Of a DNA stretch of 38,648 nucleotides, positions 26,334 through 34,192 are shown one piece after another. The notes under the pieces are model-generated. The model was given only the letters and a program-made list of their open reading frames with translations. It was not told the DNA's origin and ran no database searches. The DNA comes from a virus. The translations under genes were made by a program, and so were the position numbers. The stretch's first letter is position 1. Each line of letters begins with the position of its first letter. The stretch spans positions 1 through 38,648 of the IMG/VR virus record IMGVR_UViG_3300026311_000005. One strand, given 5' to 3'.

Positions 26334-26813
26334 TCACCAATCTACACCCTCCGATCCTTGCCAAAGTGGAACCTTTGCCCTCGCCAATTCGACGAGATGG
26401 TCCCGATAATCCTGAGTAATTCGAACTTGCTTTCCGTTGCCCCGACCCCGCGCCGATTCGATGATGTACTTATCGGGCTGAGCCGAAAGCGATTTGGCAA
26501 AATGTGTCATGTTCTGGCGACGATTCTTGCCCATATCGAGAAGCTTTCCTGCGTCCTCGAACGATATCGCCCTTGGGAATCGTTCAAGAAGAAGAGAATC
26601 GATTTTCGACAGTCGGCCTTTGGCGATAGCAGAGTTGGAGGGCCGAAGGGTTCCTGTCTCAAGCCGAGATAGCCTTTTCCGGTCTAGCGCTCGTTCCAGC
26701 GCCACCTCTTCCCGGAGAGCATCTATCTCGGCTTGCATTGCCCTTCTCATTTCTTCCATATCCGACTTAAGGCTTTCGATGGCGGCCCGTATAACGTCAT
26801 CAGATTCGCCCAA
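26334..26813 (-). CDS. Hypothetical protein (159 aa), possible regulator
   Basis: ORF track (TTG start); N-terminal coiled-coil-like region. Confidence 0.35.
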   Translation of the reverse strand: MGESDDVIRAAIESLKSDMEEMRRAMQAEIDALREEVALERALDRKRLSRLETGTLRPSNSAIAKGRLSKIDSLLLERFPRAISFEDAGKLLDMGKNRRQNMTHFAKSLSAQPDKYIIESARGRGNGKQVRITQDYRDHLVELARAKVPLWQGSEGVDW

Positions 26814-26826
26814 AACGACCGCCTCT

Positions 26827-26952
26827 TCACGCGCCCCCGTCCCTCATCGCTTCGGCGAGATCCAGCACCCTTTCAAGACAGTCGCCGATGGTATCGCTTG
26901 CATCTCCGAACTTTGCCAGCCGGGCCTTATCTTTAATCCGGACTCGGATCAT
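26827..26952 (-). CDS. Small protein, paralogue 1 (41 aa)
   Basis: Manual translation MIRVRIKDKARLAKFGDASDTIGDCLERVLDLAEAMRDGGA; last 44 nt identical to the paralogue at 27301. Confidence 0.35.
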   Translation of the reverse strand: MIRVRIKDKARLAKFGDASDTIGDCLERVLDLAEAMRDGGA

Positions 26953-27094
26953 AGTCGTCTCCATGCTAGATAGCAACGCGCGTATTGCTTATAAAGATAA
27001 CGGTATCGCGCCATGTGGCAACGCATGTTCCCTGCTATTGCCAATTGCAAGTTCAGGGCGGGGAGTAGTCACTCAGATTCCTCTGCATCCAAAT

Positions 27095-27298
27095 TCATCG
27101 CCGCCTCTTCACGCCCCGCCCGCCCTCGCCGGGTTCACGTACGCCACTCCAGTACTTGTGGCGGTATTCCGTTTCTAGCCTCTCGACTTCGACGAACTTT
27201 GCAAGAGCCCGGCTAGCGACAGCGATATCCTCCCATTCGTCGGCCTCGGCGATAACATGGCACAGAGCCATCACGATTCGTCGGGTGGTGGGTTCCAT
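27095..27298 (-). CDS. Hypothetical acidic protein (about 67 aa)
   Basis: ORF track 27095..27304; ATG at 27298 lies 3 nt after the upstream stop. Confidence 0.3.
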   Translation of the reverse strand: MEPTTRRIVMALCHVIAEADEWEDIAVASRALAKFVEVERLETEYRHKYWSGVREPGEGGRGVKRRR

Positions 27299-27300
27299 CG

Positions 27301-27444
27301 TCACGCGCCCCCGTCCCTCATCGCTTCGGCGAGATCCAGCACCCGCGCCAAACAGTCGGCCATCGAATCGGAAGCGTTCCCGAAGTTGGCGAGCCGGGCG
27401 TGATCGGCCCTATTCACCCGAATGAGTATTTTATCATCTGACAT
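27301..27444 (-). CDS. Small protein, paralogue 2 (47 aa)
   Basis: Manual translation MSDDKILIRVNRADHARLANFGNASDSMADCLARVLDLAEAMRDGGA; TATA-like TTAATA about 25 nt upstream. Confidence 0.35.
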   Translation of the reverse strand: MSDDKILIRVNRADHARLANFGNASDSMADCLARVLDLAEAMRDGGA

Positions 27445-27535
27445 CAAGGATAGTGAGCCCTCAAAGTATTAATATCTTATCCTTCGGTTTATGTCGTAAA
27501 CTACTTATATAACGAATACAACTAAGGGATATGGC

Positions 27536-27672
27536 GTGTCGCGTCGAGTCGAGTCAGGTCCGGTCGTGGCAGTCGCGTCGAGTCAGGTCGGGTCGGGTCG
27601 GGTCGTGGCAGTCGAGTCGCGTCAGGTCATGTCGAGTCGCGTCGAGTCCAGTCGGGTCCGGTCGTGGCAGTC
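27536..27672. repeat. Pentanucleotide array 1: about 27 tandem NNGTC units in three blocks, each ending in GTGGCAGTC
   Basis: Read directly: GTGTC GCGTC GAGTC GAGTC AGGTC CGGTC GTGGCAGTC ...; 5-bp periodicity, six GAGTC units. Confidence 0.8.
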
Positions 27673-27696
27673 TAACCAAAATGGAGTTGAGAAAAA

Positions 27697-28332
27697 GTGG
27701 CAGCAAAAGCAAAAGCGCCCGCCCAGAGCGGGCCTATAACCCTGAAAAGGATCGAGTTGGAAACGGTTGTCGTCCCGATCGTGGGGACCTCTGAGCTGAT
27801 CGTTCACAAGTGGAGCGATAAAGCCAAGCGCCAGATGCTAGACAAGCAGATGAAACCGGGGACCAGATCAAAGAAGGAAGCAAAAGACCCGGTAGCCGAC
27901 TACGAGGCGTCGAAATATAAGACGCCCGAAGGCAAAGATGCGATGGTGACGACCGCCTTCAAGAAGGCGATGGTTGACGCCCTCCGCTACTTCGACGGTG
28001 TGAGTATGGTCCTGGGAAAGACCGCCTTCTTTGTAGAGGGCGAGTACGTCGAGCTGGAGGGCGAGCCCCGGATGAGAGAAGACATGGTGAGGCTGGACGG
28101 CGGTGGGTCTGCTGACATCCGATACCGGGCCGGGTATCCTGAATGGAAGACGAAGCTCACCATCACCTACGCAAAGGATATCCTCACTATGGAGTCGGTC
28201 CTGTCCCTGGTAGAAGCAGCGGGACAGACCCAGGGCGTTGGCGAATGGAGGCCGTCGTCCAAGAAGACCACCGGTCCCTTCGGTCGGTTCACGATCGACA
28301 CGTCCCGGAAAATTGAGGTGATCACTGCATGA
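27697..28332 (+). CDS. Hypothetical protein (211 aa), first gene of the repeat-flanked plus-strand cassette
   Basis: ORF track; GTG start with GGAG about 11 nt upstream; no recognisable motif. Confidence 0.5.
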   Translation: MAAKAKAPAQSGPITLKRIELETVVVPIVGTSELIVHKWSDKAKRQMLDKQMKPGTRSKKEAKDPVADYEASKYKTPEGKDAMVTTAFKKAMVDALRYFDGVSMVLGKTAFFVEGEYVELEGEPRMREDMVRLDGGGSADIRYRAGYPEWKTKLTITYAKDILTMESVLSLVEAAGQTQGVGEWRPSSKKTTGPFGRFTIDTSRKIEVITA

Positions 28333-28853
28333 CCAAAATGGTATATGCCTGGAGAGAGGGGCGGAGCGCCAGCCCCTACCTTTCCAACGTATCCCCCCAG
28401 GTGGTCGGTGAAGAGCTGGAGAAGGTCCGAGAACAGGGGGGGGGGATGATCTTTCCCCGTGCCGTCATCGATCACGCCCGACCATCCGACTCGCCCCTCC
28501 ATTCATGCTTTGAATGGAACGACACGGAAGCCGCCGAGAAGTTCCGAATCGTCCAGGCGAGGGGGGTCATCAAGTCTGTCGAGATCGTCGAGATCAAAGG
28601 CAAACCACTCCCCTCCCCCATCGTAGCCAACGTCAGCGTGACGCGCCGGGCCGTTGTGCCGGGCGATCCAAGGATCAGGTATTATGAGAGCACTCCTCTC
28701 GCCCTCCAGGACCCGGAGCTTCGGGACCAGGTACTCCAGAAGGCTCTTAGGGAGCTGGAATCCTGGCGGGAACGATACGACGCCTTTACCGAGTTCAGTC
28801 TGGTCTTCGGCTCGATAGAAGCCATCCAGAAAAAGATAAGATCTTCAGCCTGA
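28329..28853 (+). CDS. Hypothetical protein (174 aa), second gene of the cassette
   Basis: ORF track; 4-nt overlap with the upstream gene. Confidence 0.5.
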   Translation: MTKMVYAWREGRSASPYLSNVSPQVVGEELEKVREQGGGMIFPRAVIDHARPSDSPLHSCFEWNDTEAAEKFRIVQARGVIKSVEIVEIKGKPLPSPIVANVSVTRRAVVPGDPRIRYYESTPLALQDPELRDQVLQKALRELESWRERYDAFTEFSLVFGSIEAIQKKIRSSA

Positions 28854-28860
28854 TCTTATC
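28835..28860 (+). other. Hairpin GATAAGATC, 8-nt loop, GATCTTATC overlapping the cassette stop codon
   Basis: Read directly; arms contain TAAGATC, the half-site of the 26130/26315 palindrome. Confidence 0.3.
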
Positions 28861-28868
28861 TTTTCATG

Positions 28869-29025
28869 GCGGTCGGGTCAGGTCGTGTCGGGTCCGGTCG
28901 AGTCGAGTCGTGTCAAGGCAGTCGGGTCCGGTCGGGTCGAGTCATGTCTCGTCACGTCGAGTCAAGTCAAGGCAGTCGCGTCGTGTCGTGTCATGTCACG
29001 TCGTGTCGCGTCTGGTCGTGGCAGC
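28869..29025. repeat. Pentanucleotide array 2: about 26 tandem NNGTC units in three blocks punctuated by AAGGCAGTC, AAGGCAGTC and GTGGCAGCC
   Basis: Read directly; same unit type and orientation as array 1. Confidence 0.8.
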
Positions 29026-29060
29026 CGTGGCGTGTCTTGCTGCCACTATTCTATTTTTAT
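29017..29060 (+). terminator. Putative intrinsic terminator of the plus-strand cassette
   Basis: Stem GTGGCAGC, 13-nt loop, GCTGCCAC, followed by TATTCTATTTTTAT. Confidence 0.45.
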
Positions 29061-29170
29061 GATTCAAAAAAGAACGTGCTCTGAATTGTGATCTCACATT
29101 TCGCGCCACATTTATCGCGCCATGACTCAAAAGAATGAGTCACCGCGCATTCGGAAAAGCACGCGTGCAT

Positions 29171-30529
29171 TCATGGCGCGAAGTCCTCCAGCGTCGCCGG
29201 GGGCCTCTCCGCCGCCGCCAGTCTAGCCTCGGCGATCTCGACGTACTCAGGCTCAAGCTCGATCCCGATATATCCGAATCCCTCCTCTTTCGCGGCGACG
29301 AGGGTCGTACCCGATCCGGCGAATGGGTCCAGGACCGTCCCGCCTGGGGGGGTGACGAGCCGGACTAGGTAGCGCATCAGCTTGAGGGGCTTGACCGTGG
29401 GGTGGTGGTTTTGGCGATGGGTTTTGCCTCGGAGATATGGGTTGTCAATCGGGGTGTTTCGTCCATCGTCTGTGATCCGATCTGGCATCCCCTCCAGCCC
29501 CCGGTTCCGTTCGGCCCGGCTCGCCTTCGCTACATATACGATCGGGTCCGGGTCTATCTGGAGGAAGAAGCGGGCGGCGGTGCCTTCTCTATCATGCCAT
29601 GTATGTTGCCCCCCCTTCAACCCGAACATACCACCCGGATCAGCTGATACTTTACCGCGGCCTTCTACAGAACCGCCGCTCTTCAGATGCCCCGATTGCT
29701 CCGCTATGAGCCGTACCGCACATCCTTCGACGCAGTCCTCCCCTCGCCGAACGCACCCCGGCGCGTGGCCGAGGATGAGGTTCGCAGGCCAGCGGCCAGA
29801 AGGGTTCTGGACGAACTCCGACCGATTCGTGTCTTTATATCCGCTTGGATATGTTCTGTTTTTTTGAACATGCCGGCCAGACGAAAGGATATCTCCCGTC
29901 CCGATCCGGCACCCGTCCACATTCACCGCGCCGCAACCCCACCGGAGGACGTTCGCCGCAACCGTCTTCTCTGATAACGGTTTGCGAGCCATCACGATCG
30001 GTTCATGGGCGGGCTTAAGAGCGGTCCCCCACCCGTCCCATTGGCGGGCGGCATCGGTGGCGGGGGCGGTGATGTCGACAGTTTTGCGGCTACCATCCGC
30101 TGGCAATGCGGGACCGTTTGCATATTGACTACCTCTGCCACCTGTTGCATTATTCCCCCAAACTTCTGATTGCCCTATCACGTCCCGCTCGGCCCCAGCC
30201 GCCCGGTCGATCGCCTTCGACACGTCCAGACTTTTCGGGAATCCTGATCCATATACCCAAGAGATACAGTCCCTGATCTCGAGTCCCGCGTCCTCGATCG
30301 CGCAAGCCAGCCGATGATAGGTCCGAGTCCCTCCGAACGCCAGCAGATAGCCGCCGGGCTTCAGGACGCGCCACGCCTGCCTCCAGACCTCCTGATCGTA
30401 GGCTATCCCTGACCCATCCCATTTCTTTCCCATGAACCCCAGCTCATAAGGCGGATCACAGACGATCGCGTCGATAGAGTTCTCCTCCATTTCGGCCATC
30501 CGTTCACGGCAATCTCCCTGTAATATCAT
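29171..30529 (-). CDS. DNA methyltransferase, beta-class amino-methyltransferase (N6-adenine or N4-cytosine), orphan
   Basis: Motif IV IVCDPPYE near the N-terminus and motif I VLDPFAGSGTT near the C-terminus; Cys-rich middle region; no adjacent restriction endonuclease. Confidence 0.85.
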   Translation of the reverse strand: MILQGDCRERMAEMEENSIDAIVCDPPYELGFMGKKWDGSGIAYDQEVWRQAWRVLKPGGYLLAFGGTRTYHRLACAIEDAGLEIRDCISWVYGSGFPKSLDVSKAIDRAAGAERDVIGQSEVWGNNATGGRGSQYANGPALPADGSRKTVDITAPATDAARQWDGWGTALKPAHEPIVMARKPLSEKTVAANVLRWGCGAVNVDGCRIGTGDILSSGRHVQKNRTYPSGYKDTNRSEFVQNPSGRWPANLILGHAPGCVRRGEDCVEGCAVRLIAEQSGHLKSGGSVEGRGKVSADPGGMFGLKGGQHTWHDREGTAARFFLQIDPDPIVYVAKASRAERNRGLEGMPDRITDDGRNTPIDNPYLRGKTHRQNHHPTVKPLKLMRYLVRLVTPPGGTVLDPFAGSGTTLVAAKEEGFGYIGIELEPEYVEIAEARLAAAERPPATLEDFAP

Positions 30530-32259
30530 CCGAAGCCCTCCAGCGTCGCCGGGGCCTCGAAGCTAAACAGGCTTTCCTGTTCATGATTCTTAAGCCCGGT
30601 GTCCACATCGCCGTATATCGATTTGATATTTTTGGGATCACCCTTATAAAATACCAGAACGTTCTGGTGAGTCTTCCCAAGCTTCCGGTATCCCTGAAAC
30701 TGCTTATTCACCCGGATAGGGAGCGACCCCACCGACGTGATCAGGACGGCCTCATTATAAAGGGTCGCCCCGGCGTCCTGGAAGGCTTCGATGGTATCCC
30801 CCACGAAGTTACGATAGAAGCCCCGCCGATCCCGGATATCCCCCACGACAAAGCAGGCGAATCGATCCGGCTTCAGCATCCCCACCGACGCCGCGACGAT
30901 GCCCCGATAGGTCTTGAGGAAGCCCTCATAATCCATGGTGGATAAGTCGCGGGGGTCGTCTGAGTATCTTTCGAGGTCGAAATATGGAGGACATGAAAAG
31001 ATGAGATCGTACCGACCGGGGGCGATGGCGGCGATGTCCTGGCTATCCCCGGCGATCCATCTGGGGTGGGTTCCGCCGTGTTTAATCGTGTCATTGTATC
31101 GAAGCTTCCGCCAGCTGTCCTTTGGCATGTATGAAACGAGGTCCCCGCCGCCTGCGTCGAAATGATCGCATATCCGCCCCGCCTCCTCGTCCCCGAAAAT
31201 ACGATCGAGAGACGCTCGGAAAGCCCGATACGCTGGAATCCTTTCTCCCTGGTTGTAGCATTTCAAGAGCTTATATCGGTTACGTACTATCAAGGTGTTA
31301 TTATCATTTAGCGTAAATGGGGACGCGATGCACCCGAAGGGCTTGTCTGTGGTAAAATGGAGTCCACACAGATCCTCGTCCGTCTTAAATGGGCATCGCC
31401 CGGAAGTTTCAAGCAGGCCGCCTTTTATAGACCCGCCCCGGCCCCGGATCGTCTCCTCCTCGTCTGGGTGGATGGTTATGATGGTCCCGCTAGGCGAGGT
31501 AGATGATTGACAGCAGCTCGCGTGACAAACTGATCGGATATAATCCGGATCGCATCCATGAAACGGTGTCCTGGCCATCGCGGCCGATACCTTGATCTGG
31601 ATCTTTCCATTATCAGACGGAGGACATTTCAACCCTATAAAATCCCATTGATCCTTATTCGCGGCTATCTGCTCCGGTCGGAGATCGACGCCGGTGTACT
31701 GGAAGCCCGTCAACGCCGCCACGATGCCCCGGACGGACCCGCCCGCGAAGGGGTCGAGGACATGGCCGCCGGGGGGCGTGAACCATCGATATATCAACTC
31801 ACAGAGGACGGGATCAAATATCGACGTGCCGCTCTGTGGCTGAGCCGCAAGAATCTTGCGGCTCACTTCGTCTAATTCGTCATCGGGCCGATTGCCCGTC
31901 ACCCAAGTCAATCGATCGCCTATCGGCCTCCCCGCGCCGTCTCCTCTCTCCCGGTGGGAGTAATCGCACGCGGGACGAGGACTCCCACCGGGAGACGCGT
32001 TCTTATAGTGGCTTCTGGCTTGCTCGGAGAAGCCGAGCAAGCCATTTTTATATTTTTTCGAGCCGTCGAATCCTATCTCCCCGTTTTGGCGGCTTATCGT
32101 GGCGGCGTCGGAATAGACATGCACACCGACGCCGCCACGTCCTATCTCGCTCTTGATCCCCTTCGCCAACCAGAACCTCTTCCTCTCCTGCCAATAGCCC
32201 TGCCGGGCGTCGAGGACGGAGAACGGCGGCATCACGAATTTATCGGATAACGTTCCCAC
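30526..32259 (-). CDS. DNA methyltransferase with a long Cys-rich insertion between motif I and motif IV, orphan
   Basis: N-terminal MPPFSVLDARQGYWQERKRFW, motif I VLDPFAGGS, motif IV-like FSCPPYFD; about 270 aa between them with many Cys; likely true start is the ATG at 32232. Confidence 0.75.
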   Translation of the reverse strand: MGTLSDKFVMPPFSVLDARQGYWQERKRFWLAKGIKSEIGRGGVGVHVYSDAATISRQNGEIGFDGSKKYKNGLLGFSEQARSHYKNASPGGSPRPACDYSHRERGDGAGRPIGDRLTWVTGNRPDDELDEVSRKILAAQPQSGTSIFDPVLCELIYRWFTPPGGHVLDPFAGGSVRGIVAALTGFQYTGVDLRPEQIAANKDQWDFIGLKCPPSDNGKIQIKVSAAMARTPFHGCDPDYIRSVCHASCCQSSTSPSGTIITIHPDEEETIRGRGGSIKGGLLETSGRCPFKTDEDLCGLHFTTDKPFGCIASPFTLNDNNTLIVRNRYKLLKCYNQGERIPAYRAFRASLDRIFGDEEAGRICDHFDAGGGDLVSYMPKDSWRKLRYNDTIKHGGTHPRWIAGDSQDIAAIAPGRYDLIFSCPPYFDLERYSDDPRDLSTMDYEGFLKTYRGIVAASVGMLKPDRFACFVVGDIRDRRGFYRNFVGDTIEAFQDAGATLYNEAVLITSVGSLPIRVNKQFQGYRKLGKTHQNVLVFYKGDPKNIKSIYGDVDTGLKNHEQESLFSFEAPATLEGFG

Positions 32260-32404
32260 GGCTGTCCACCTCGTCGATCTTCAGGACCATCGGCGACTTG
32301 AGCGCCCGGACTCCCTTGATCCAAGCTTCCGATAGGCTTTTCGCTTCGACTTCGACGGTATCGATAGATTCCTGTGAAGTGTAGATCTTCACGGCGTATA
32401 TCAT
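32240..32404 (-). CDS. Small protein (about 54 aa)
   Basis: Manual translation MIYAVKIYTSQESIDTVEVEAKSLSEAWIKG...; ATG overlaps the upstream stop (ATGA). Confidence 0.25.
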   Translation of the reverse strand: MIYAVKIYTSQESIDTVEVEAKSLSEAWIKGVRALKSPMVLKIDEVDSRGNVIR

Positions 32405-32694
32405 CCCAGCCCCTCCAAATACTCGATCATGGCCAGCCGTGCCTCCCTTTCGGGATCGGCGGCCCCCAAGATCCGTATCTCCGGGATGCCGATGCTGACC
32501 GTGAACTGCATCCCGTTCGGTCCCTCGAATAGCTCCGCCGCGCCGGTGATCCGGCCCTCGGCGGCGTCGATCAGCCGGGCCACGATCTCCTCATTCGACA
32601 CCCGTCGCCCCTCGGCGGCGGAGGCCCGGCGGCGGATCTCCGCGATCCGGGCTCGCGTCTCCTGGGAGACCTCGATGTACGGCGAGGAGGGCAT
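32401..32694 (-). CDS. Putative ribbon-helix-helix-like DNA-binding protein (97 aa) upstream of the methyltransferase pair
   Basis: N-terminal beta-strand plus helix pattern PYIEVSQETRARIAEIRRR...NEEIVARLIDA. Confidence 0.35.
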   Translation of the reverse strand: MPSSPYIEVSQETRARIAEIRRRASAAEGRRVSNEEIVARLIDAAEGRITGAAELFEGPNGMQFTVSIGIPEIRILGAADPEREARLAMIEYLEGLG

Positions 32695-32725
32695 CAGGGG
32701 GCCCCCTCTCGACTCCTCTGGGGGC

Positions 32726-32980
32726 TCACTGGCCCCCTTCGATCTCGTTCAGCCTGTGGCACATCTTCGAGTCCAGCTCCTCGATTTCATCGTCCTCGAA
32801 CTGGAGGTAGGGCATTGCCTGTAGGATCGCTTTCGATCTCCTCACGATGATTTCGATGAGAGCCTGTTCAGAGCCCAGCTCGTTCTTTCCCTCGATCTTT
32901 CCTACCTCTCTGATCGCCATCTGCGAGATCTCGCAGATCTTCATCAGGCTTTCCAGGGTTTCTGTCGTGGTTGGTATCAT
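32726..32980 (-). CDS. Hypothetical protein (about 84 aa)
   Basis: Internal ATG at 32980 with GAGAGGTG upstream; upstream part of the 140-aa track ORF judged spurious. Confidence 0.3.
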   Translation of the reverse strand: MIPTTTETLESLMKICEISQMAIREVGKIEGKNELGSEQALIEIIVRRSKAILQAMPYLQFEDDEIEELDSKMCHRLNEIEGGQ

Positions 32981-33420
32981 GATTTTGCACCTCTCAGGGC
33001 TTCGCGCCCTACAATACCTACTAGTACCTATGAGGATATATACCTTTCGGTCGGAATACCCATTCGAAACAAAAGAGAGGTGTTGGCGGCCCCGGTTGGC
33101 ATCTCCGAGCCGCCAGGTAAAGGAGGGCATTCTATGGCGCTCCATCATTATGATTCGGGCGAGGTTGCCCTCGCCACAGGTTCGGGTCTGGCGGTTCCCG
33201 CTTAGGGGGTTTAAGATGAAGGGAGTGAATCTTCAGAATATAGCGCCGCCGCGCCGCGAACCAATTCGGCCCGGACTTCATCGGCTCCGGGCCAGTTCAG
33301 GGTAAAGGGGCGGGACGGTCTGACGCGCCCCGCTACTCCGATATGGGGCTTCGATCGCATTTATATCTTTCGGTCGGAAAGACGGAAAGGCTTAAATACC
33401 AGGCCGTCCTATAAGAAGGT

Positions 33421-33576
33421 ATGTCGGAAAGACTAATAGACGGCCTAACAGTGAAGCTCCCCCAAAACGTGCGGGGAGCCCTCAAAAACATGGCGAGGGA
33501 CAACGATAAGTCGATGAGCGAAGTCGCCCGCGAATATATCATCGACGGGCTGAGAAATGATGGAGTTGAGATCTAG
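33421..33576 (+). CDS. Ribbon-helix-helix (CopG/Arc-like) DNA-binding protein (51 aa)
   Basis: Manual translation MSERLIDGLTVKLPQNVRGALKNMARDNDKSMSEVAREYIIDGL...; TATA-like ATTTATAT about 55 nt upstream. Confidence 0.5.
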   Translation: MSERLIDGLTVKLPQNVRGALKNMARDNDKSMSEVAREYIIDGLRNDGVEI

Positions 33577-33788
33577 TGGCAATAGACGTAGCTTTCGTCC
33601 GGACGATGATCCCCCCGGCGATGCCCGGAGAGATCGCGTTCAACATCGCGAAGAGCCTCTCCTATCTGGAACAGATGGAAAGCCGAGAACAGGGAGACCC
33701 CCGCCAGATTCAGGCAACGATCTACAGCCTCATGGCGACGATCGAGGTCTATCGCCTCGTCGCCGAGACGGCCCGGGGGGTGAGGTAG
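33576..33788 (+). CDS. Hypothetical small protein (70 aa)
   Basis: ORF track; GTG start overlapping the upstream stop. Confidence 0.35.
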   Translation: MAIDVAFVRTMIPPAMPGEIAFNIAKSLSYLEQMESREQGDPRQIQATIYSLMATIEVYRLVAETARGVR

Positions 33789-33908
33789 ATGCTCCGTCCG
33801 CGGCGCAGACCCGCGCGGGAGGGCGCCCGGTATTGCCCCGCGTGCGGCCGCGTCCTCGATGAGGAGGACTCCTACTGCCCATGCGAGACAGAGGAGTCCT
33901 CCTCATGA
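33789..33908 (+). CDS. Small zinc-ribbon protein (39 aa)
   Basis: Manual translation MLRPRRRPAREGARYCPACGRVLDEEDSYCPCETEESSS with CPAC and CPC motifs. Confidence 0.3.
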   Translation: MLRPRRRPAREGARYCPACGRVLDEEDSYCPCETEESSS

Positions 33909-34192
33909 ATCGTATCGAGGAGCTGGAGGCCGAGGTCGCGCGGCTCCGGGAGAGGATGAGATGCTGCGCATCGTGTAAGTGGATGTCACTATCGTGGGCG
34001 GATCGGATACTGTTGGGATGGAGCGCCGCGATATGCCGCCACCCCAAAACGAGGCGGGTGCACCGAGATCCGGTGTCGGGCCAGATCATCGGCCGGGCCG
34101 CGAGCTGTAGCCTCGTTCGTCAGGGGCGGCTGTCGTGGATCGACGGCGATTCGTGCGGCCCCGAAGGCCGCTGGTGGGAGGCGAAGGGATGA
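33905..34192 (+). CDS. Cys-containing hypothetical protein (95 aa)
   Basis: ATG overlaps the upstream stop (ATGA); internal start of track ORF 33881..34192. Confidence 0.35.
   Translation: MNRIEELEAEVARLRERMRCCASCKWMSLSWADRILLGWSAAICRHPKTRRVHRDPVSGQIIGRAASCSLVRQGRLSWIDGDSCGPEGRWWEAKG

Noticed and set aside
27531-27794. ORFs reading through pentamer array 1 (and 28866-29091 through array 2)
   Set aside because: The open frames are a by-product of stop-free NNGTC repeats and give periodic artificial peptides
27536-29025. CRISPR array
   Set aside because: The units are 5 bp with no spacer-length unique sequences and no cas genes are present
33150-33220. tRNA gene
   Set aside because: A GGTTCGGGTC stretch resembles a T-arm but lacks the conserved T-loop A and a cloverleaf context
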